From: a virus
DNA length: 64,000 nucleotides
IMG/VR virus record: IMGVR_UViG_3300035698_004752
Span: 5,704 to 69,703 of that record
Direction: 5' to 3' (one strand)
In this document: positions 58,862 through 64,000 of the stretch, one piece after another
Numbering within the stretch: the first letter of the stretch is position 1
Layout: each line of letters begins with the position of its first letter
Program-made: the position numbers and the translations under genes
The notes under the pieces: generated by a model
What the model saw: only the letters and a program-made list of their open reading frames with translations
The model's database searches: none
Told to the model about the DNA's origin: nothing

Positions 58862-59308
58862 ATGTTATATAATAAATCACATAAAAGAAATCCGATGTTT
58901 CTGGAATCTGTGGATAATATGTTTGATCAAATCATTGGTCAACCACCTCGATTACATTTATCGCCACTTCAGGATTTAATAGAATATAGAACTCTATATT
59001 TATCATTACCTCGACAAACAGGTAAATCCCAATATATTGGGGAGGTATCTAAGATGTTCTCTAACCCTTTAATTTTTACGCCAAGCAGGCGTATGGGAGA
59101 GGAACTTTTTGGAAAACATAGAGACGGACTTATCAGCATACCTTCATTAATTAGAAACCCCGATTTACTTAGGGGAATGAGACATAAAGCAGATGTATTC
59201 TTCTTCGACGAAGTCCATTATGATGATGCAATAAAAACGTTACAATTATTCGATTCAATTACAAAAGGCATCAGCCGAAGGTGTGTTGTTCTTGGATTAA
59301 AAACATAG
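58862..59308 (+). CDS. Small P-loop NTPase
   Basis: PRQTGKS Walker A, VFFFDE Walker B. Confidence 0.7.
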   Translation: MLYNKSHKRNPMFLESVDNMFDQIIGQPPRLHLSPLQDLIEYRTLYLSLPRQTGKSQYIGEVSKMFSNPLIFTPSRRMGEELFGKHRDGLISIPSLIRNPDLLRGMRHKADVFFFDEVHYDDAIKTLQLFDSITKGISRRCVVLGLKT

Positions 59309-59313
59309 AATTT

Positions 59314-59410
59314 AGGATAGTTACAGCAACAAAATAGCTTGTGAATGGTTCACAATTTGACTTCTAATCAAACCTTGCGGGTTCAATTCCTGCAGCAAAA
59401 AAGCTATCCT
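59314..59410 (+). ncRNA. CAGCAA-handle RNA 6: tRNA body (D, anticodon TCT, T arms) without acceptor end
   Basis: aggatagtt/agctatcct; gtga-atggt-tcac; tttga-ctTCTaa-tcaaa; gcggg-ttcaatt-cctgc. Confidence 0.8.
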
Positions 59411-60166
59411 GTATTAATACATAAATACATGTACAAACATTTAGGTAAACGGGTCCCATATGTATAGTGTAATAGCATTAGTATGTTTTTCAGCAATAAA
59501 TTGTGAGATTTATGTCCCAAAGCCGCCCGTCTCATTCTTTCCTACAGCTACTGAATGTGTTGAGGGCGCTGAATTAACAAAAGAAAACTTAGAGGAAATT
59601 GTCCCAAATACATTTCTAATAATTCAATGTGTTAATTGGCATAGAACAACTTTGGAGAATTAAATGAATGAAGATTTAAAGAGTACCTGTAAATTTATAG
59701 ATAATGCTCTTAAAGAATCTGGATACATTTCACTTCAGCCACTTGAAGAACTTTTAAGTGCCGATCTAACTGAAGCAACCTTACTTGTGAATATGTGGAT
59801 TAAAGAAGGAATAATCATAAAAAGTGAAATAATTTCTAATTAGGGGTTATAATTCTATAAAAAACTCTTATGTATAGTATGTAAAAGAACATAAATAGAT
59901 ATGAGGTATTAGATGAATAAGATCGAAAAAATCCTTTGTAAGTATGGACCGGGTGGAAGAGATTGCCCATGCTGTGGTCCAGCTCCAAAAGATCGCAAAG
60001 CGTTCAATCGCACTGCTAAACGCCGTTTTCGTGCTCTAGGTAAGAAATCCATTGCTCGTCAACTATTAGAAATGAAGTCTTAATATAAGGTCTCCTGGTC
60101 ATCAAACATCATTGTTTGTCTCCTTTGCTCCTTTCTACCGATCGGGAGATCCTTATATTAAGATTT

Positions 60167-60258
60167 GGAAAATGAAGCGGGTTGGTGCCCGTCTTGGCCT
60201 GCTAAGCTAAAGGTACCGTTCGAAGCGGTATGGGATTCGACTTCCCCGTTTTCTTCCA
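60167..60258 (+). tRNA. tRNA-Ser (GCT), 8/4 fold
   Basis: ggaaaatg/cgttttct; ggga-ttcgact-tccc; long variable arm; U73. Confidence 0.82.
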
Positions 60259-60501
60259 GAAAGAGTGAAATGAAACCAGAGCCAATAACAAAAGTAAAAG
60301 ATCTACTTCCTAATCTCGGTCTTATAGAGATTGAGGAAGAGATTGAAATGTTGGAGGCTATAAAGGTTAAATTTCCACATAGAACAAAACAAGCAAATGA
60401 TCAAATCGATCTTTATAGAGATATGATCCATTTACTTCAGAATTAGGGGTTTACATAGGCCAAAAAGTATGGTACTATAAATACTTCAATAAAGAGTTTT
60501 A

Positions 60502-60588
60502 AGGATGACTTCAGCAACTAATCGAAAAGGACTTCGGTTCTTTTACATATAGAAGTTAGCCGGTTTTCGGGAAACATCGCAGCATCCT
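60502..60588 (+). ncRNA. CAGCAA-handle RNA 7
   Basis: aggatg...catcct helix, CAGCAA, inner hairpins; preceded by sigma70-type and TATAAATA promoters. Confidence 0.7.
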
Positions 60589-60707
60589 GTCTTTTGTCAG
60601 ATGCGGAACGAAAACAATACGGCTTAACATTAACAGTCGTCTAGGCATCATACGTCTAGACGGCACAGATTTCAATAACGAGTTTAATTATTAACTCGTA
60701 CCTAATT

Positions 60708-60772
60708 TGGATGGTTACAGCAACCAAAATCGCTAACAACTTTTCATGTGTCTTAGCGGACAAACCCATCCA
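60708..60772 (+). ncRNA. CAGCAA-handle RNA 8
   Basis: tggatgg/ccatcca; inner cgctaa..acttttcatgt..ttagcg hairpin. Confidence 0.75.
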
Positions 60773-60783
60773 GCAAAAAATAT

Positions 60784-60866
60784 GGGAGTGTAACTTAGTG
60801 ATAGTTGGTACTATCAGCGGTCTCCAAAGCCGTTAGTAAGGGGTTCGATTCCTCACACTTTCGCCA
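60784..60866 (+). tRNA. tRNA-Trp (CCA), atypical D arm
   Basis: gcggt-ctCCAaa-gccgt, G73, CCA. Confidence 0.8.
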
Positions 60867-61148
60867 AAAAAGGAATATATAATGTTAGGTGATGCAGAAT
60901 TCAAAGAGATCGGCGAAGAATTACAGAACGCTTATGTATCCGGGATTCGCAAAGAGCTAAATATTCCTGAGGACTCTAGATATCTCTCTTCAAGTTTTTC
61001 TGTTGAATATTTTCAAAAACTTGTAGGTGTTATTAAAGAGGAAAATATCACAGTAGTTTCAGCTTCCCAAAGAGGTGATACCGTACATCTTAGTTGTTTC
61101 ATTTCTGCACAAGGAATTGAGAACGTTAAAACTAAAAAGAAGTAATAC

Positions 61149-61231
61149 GCGGGTATAGCTTCATGTCAACTGGTGTTGGCAGCAGGTTTCCAACCTGTGA
61201 GCAAGGGGTTCGATTCTCCATATCCGCTCCA
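61149..61231 (+). tRNA. tRNA-Gly (TCC), atypical D arm
   Basis: gcagg-ttTCCaa-cctgt, U73, CCA. Confidence 0.8.
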
Positions 61232-61242
61232 AAACATCCGAA

Positions 61243-61277
61243 AGGCCCTTTCACATACTGTGTTAGGGTCTTTTTTT
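61243..61277 (+). terminator. Intrinsic terminator closing the tRNA island
   Basis: aggccct...agggtct + T run. Confidence 0.7.
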
Positions 61278-61381
61278 GTGGCTAAATGAAATTAATTCAA
61301 ATTAAATCAAAATAGGGGGTTTAAATCCTAGGAATAACCCTTACTTATATACTATCAAAGAGACAAACAAAGGATTTAAAA

Positions 61382-61615
61382 ATGATCACTCTACCTACAC
61401 ACCTAATCGAAGAAACAACTTTCAACGATGCTTCACATCTTATAAGCGCTTTTGGCGGTAACGATCTTCTTCAGGGAATGGAATGGATCAAAGAACAATT
61501 TGAATCTGCTGAAGAGCAAATGGGTGAAGACGCATTCTTGGATGCTTGGGCTTATGAAATAAACGCTTATAACGAAGTGTTCAAAGGTATGAGCAAACTT
61601 TTTCACGGAGAATGA
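61382..61615 (+). CDS. Hypothetical acidic early protein (paralog 1)
   Basis: Follows promoter cassette; similar to next ORF. Confidence 0.7.
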   Translation: MITLPTHLIEETTFNDASHLISAFGGNDLLQGMEWIKEQFESAEEQMGEDAFLDAWAYEINAYNEVFKGMSKLFHGE

Positions 61616-61836
61616 TAATGATAAATCAACCAGACCATCTATTTTATGTAATATCCTTGGGAGATGCCATTAACACTTTAAGTGTTTTTGGTAATGGTGA
61701 TCTTGGTGAGGGTATGGAAGCAATCTTGAAACAATTTGAAATTGCTGAAAAATATGACAATGGCGATACGTTTCAAGAGAATTGGCCTATCGAAATCAGT
61801 GCCTATAATAAGGTTTCCGGTTCCGTTTGTGGATAG
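61612..61836 (+). CDS. Hypothetical acidic early protein (paralog 2)
   Basis: FGNGDLGEGME...W-EISAYN-V. Confidence 0.65.
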   Translation: MIMINQPDHLFYVISLGDAINTLSVFGNGDLGEGMEAILKQFEIAEKYDNGDTFQENWPIEISAYNKVSGSVCG

Positions 61837-61854
61837 ATAATAAAGGATTATATT

Positions 61855-62493
61855 ATGAAAATCGATATGGAATTCATCCAAGAGATCTCAAAAGATCTTG
61901 ATGGTAGTTGTCGTGATTTTGCGGGTGATGGGGCATATTCAAGTGTGTTTGACTCTGATATGCCAAACCTTGTTATCAAGAAAAGCAAAGATAAAGGAAA
62001 TAAACTTTTTAGTGATGGTTGGTTATTTTATGCAATATATTGCATGAGAATGGATAAACCCCTACCCTGGATGCCAAAGATATATAGTCTTTTGATTGAT
62101 TTCGAAAAATGTGAATTCTTTGCGGCAATGGAACGTCTTGAGGGCGATACTAAACTCCCATACGTTACGGGGGATTTAACTCAAGCTATTAAGAGAATAA
62201 AGGAAGGTCACGTATATCTTCCAAAAAGAACCGGATCTAGTGTTGTAACCCATCTTAAAAAAATGGATAAGGATCTTATAGAATTTTTTGGTCTAACATA
62301 TTCCGAATGTATTTTTACTGATGCACACAACGATAACTGGATGAAAAGAGGTAGACAGGTGGTTTTAACAGATCCATTTTGCCTACTCTATAAGGTTCGA
62401 AGTGATGATAACCTATTGAAATTTAATCAAGATATGGTTAAATATGCAAGTGGTTGTGATAACATTACTATTAAGGGTAAACCACATGTTTAA
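61855..62493 (+). CDS. Protein kinase-like protein
   Basis: GDGAYSSVF Gly-loop, VIKK, MERL, DAHNDNWM catalytic loop, LTDP. Confidence 0.75.
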   Translation: MKIDMEFIQEISKDLDGSCRDFAGDGAYSSVFDSDMPNLVIKKSKDKGNKLFSDGWLFYAIYCMRMDKPLPWMPKIYSLLIDFEKCEFFAAMERLEGDTKLPYVTGDLTQAIKRIKEGHVYLPKRTGSSVVTHLKKMDKDLIEFFGLTYSECIFTDAHNDNWMKRGRQVVLTDPFCLLYKVRSDDNLLKFNQDMVKYASGCDNITIKGKPHV

Positions 62494-62890
62494 ACATCTT
62501 CAAAATCATTCAATCTTCGTGTCAATATTTCTTATTGGCACGTTATTCTTTGGTGAGTATCTTGATTTCTACAATACGGTAGACAATTGGGATAACCTCA
62601 TGCATGCGGGTTTTAGTGCGTATTTGACATACCAGATCTCAAATTTTCTTGATAAGAAATTGTATCACGGTGATAAACCACATGACTATTTCCACTTCAT
62701 GCACGCACTAGGGATTGCCGTAACACTCGGTGTATTCTGGGAATTCTTTGAATATGGCGTTGATGTTACATTTGGAATGAATATGCAAAAGTCAGGTCTT
62801 CCTGATACAATGTACGACCTTGCAGTCGATACTATTGGTGCGGTAGTAGGTGTGATTGCCTTTAACTTCCGTTCTAAGTTCCAAAAATAG
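62486..62890 (+). CDS. Membrane protein (DUF2238/VanZ-like)
   Basis: WDNLMH, GVFWEFFEY, DTMYDL..D.IGA. Confidence 0.7.
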   Translation: MFKHLQNHSIFVSIFLIGTLFFGEYLDFYNTVDNWDNLMHAGFSAYLTYQISNFLDKKLYHGDKPHDYFHFMHALGIAVTLGVFWEFFEYGVDVTFGMNMQKSGLPDTMYDLAVDTIGAVVGVIAFNFRSKFQK

Positions 62891-63237
62891 GGGATTTACT
62901 TTTAGGTAAAAATGACTTAAAATGAAATATGAAGGAGAATAAGATGTTTAGAATAGTTTATGGAGAATATGAACGAGGGTTCGGTTCAAGACAATTTGAG
63001 GTCGAATTTAGTAAATTGGACGTTGTGACAGAAGTGTGGCTTAAAGAAATTGAAGAGTGGGATAAGGAAGTATCAGAGAGAAAAACCGCTCCTGATTACT
63101 ATATTAAACCCCTTAATATACAGAGTAAAAATTCGGAAAATATTTGGATTAATATGAATTAATTTCATTTAGGGGTTTAAATCCTGAAAATAACCCTTAC
63201 TTATATACTATCAAAGAGACAAACAAAGGATTTTAAA

Positions 63238-63819
63238 ATGACTGAAGCACTTACAATTAATGATCTTCGTAAAGAACTCAAATCTCTGGATATTACCGTA
63301 GATTATCGCTGGAGTGAAAAAACCCTTCGTGATAAAATCATTGAACGTAAGGAGCAAATTGAATCTGCCGCTGAGTCTAAAAGAAAGCGTATTGCGGGAG
63401 ATGAAGCAAAAGCAAAAATTCGCGCAGATCTTATTCTTGAGCGTGGACCTTGGGCGGAATTCGCAGATACCCGTTCTGGCCGTTTAAGCTTTGCGGTTGG
63501 ACACGCTCTTATGATCCAAAAACAACAAGTTAAAATCGCTGCTAAATTGGCTGATAAATTCTCTGGTGACCCAGCTTATACTATGAGTTGGAGTGGTGAA
63601 TATTTTACCCACGCCGCAGAATTTCAAGTCGCTATGCAGCTACAAGGTGCATTCGAATTGGGTGCAACAGTGGGACAAATTGTTTCCTCTATTACAAGCG
63701 AAGTTCTTAACGGAGCACGTTGGCCTGCTAGAAGTACAAGTGTAGTTAGTAACCTGATGGAGCAAGAGGTTCTTGCAGCCCGCTCTCGTCTACTTTCAAC
63801 TCTTAATTTTGGCGGATGA
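63238..63819 (+). CDS. Hypothetical early protein
   Basis: Follows promoter cassette. Confidence 0.7.
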   Translation: MTEALTINDLRKELKSLDITVDYRWSEKTLRDKIIERKEQIESAAESKRKRIAGDEAKAKIRADLILERGPWAEFADTRSGRLSFAVGHALMIQKQQVKIAAKLADKFSGDPAYTMSWSGEYFTHAAEFQVAMQLQGAFELGATVGQIVSSITSEVLNGARWPARSTSVVSNLMEQEVLAARSRLLSTLNFGG

Positions 63820-64000
63820 ACAAATTCTGTATGAAAGGGCGATTATATTACCCTCCTGTGCAACGACCTCGACCATTGTCTGATATAACCGAGGTCGATC
63901 CGGAAAAAGAACGTTTCGAAGATACTATGAAATATGCCCTTTGGATGGGATTTTCTGATTATACTTCAGAAGAATATTATGGAACACCAATGACATCACA

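Noticed and set aside
46419-60772. CAGCAA repeats as a CRISPR-like array or as promoters
   Set aside because: Dispersed, variable in length, with covarying terminal pairing; no constant repeat-spacer period, no cas genes, and no -35/-10 pattern
42938-61231. Stop-codon reassignment or suppressor tRNA
   Set aside because: No CTA, TTA or TCA anticodon found; conserved genes end normally at TAA, TAG and TGA

Overview
A 64-kb segment of a large T4-like myophage genome; essentially every real gene is on the + strand. The host is very probably an alphaproteobacterium: the window carries a permuted two-piece tmRNA with tag ANDNKAPMELRLAA, a GapR/DUF2312 gene and a G-1-less tRNA-His. Layout: gp41 helicase, thyX, cell-wall hydrolase, tmRNA; a desaturase/PLP-enzyme/2OG-Fe(II)-oxygenase cluster; promoter-cassette-flanked early hypotheticals; a late block of probable internal head proteins; spanins; class II RNR, RNase H, M15 endolysin; a glycosyltransferase cluster; then a ~19-kb RNA island with about 45 tRNAs covering all 20 amino acids, many of non-canonical structure. 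Two signals stand out. (1) Eight ncRNA elements share a terminal helix with an invariant CAGCAA (WGGWTNNNTWCAGCAA...AWCCWG) and display tRNA parts: circularly permuted tRNAs, an acceptor-less tRNA, or isolated anticodon-like loops. Three directly flank a TROVE-like/VWA (DUF2828-type) gene, suggesting a Ro60/Y-RNA-like RNP system with a different RNA handle. (2) A 36-codon leader ORF samples 19 amino acids in its first 26 codons and overlaps an antiterminator/terminator switch upstream of the tRNA array, a candidate pan-tRNA-depletion sensor. All structures were folded by eye and no database searches were run, so novelty is untested.
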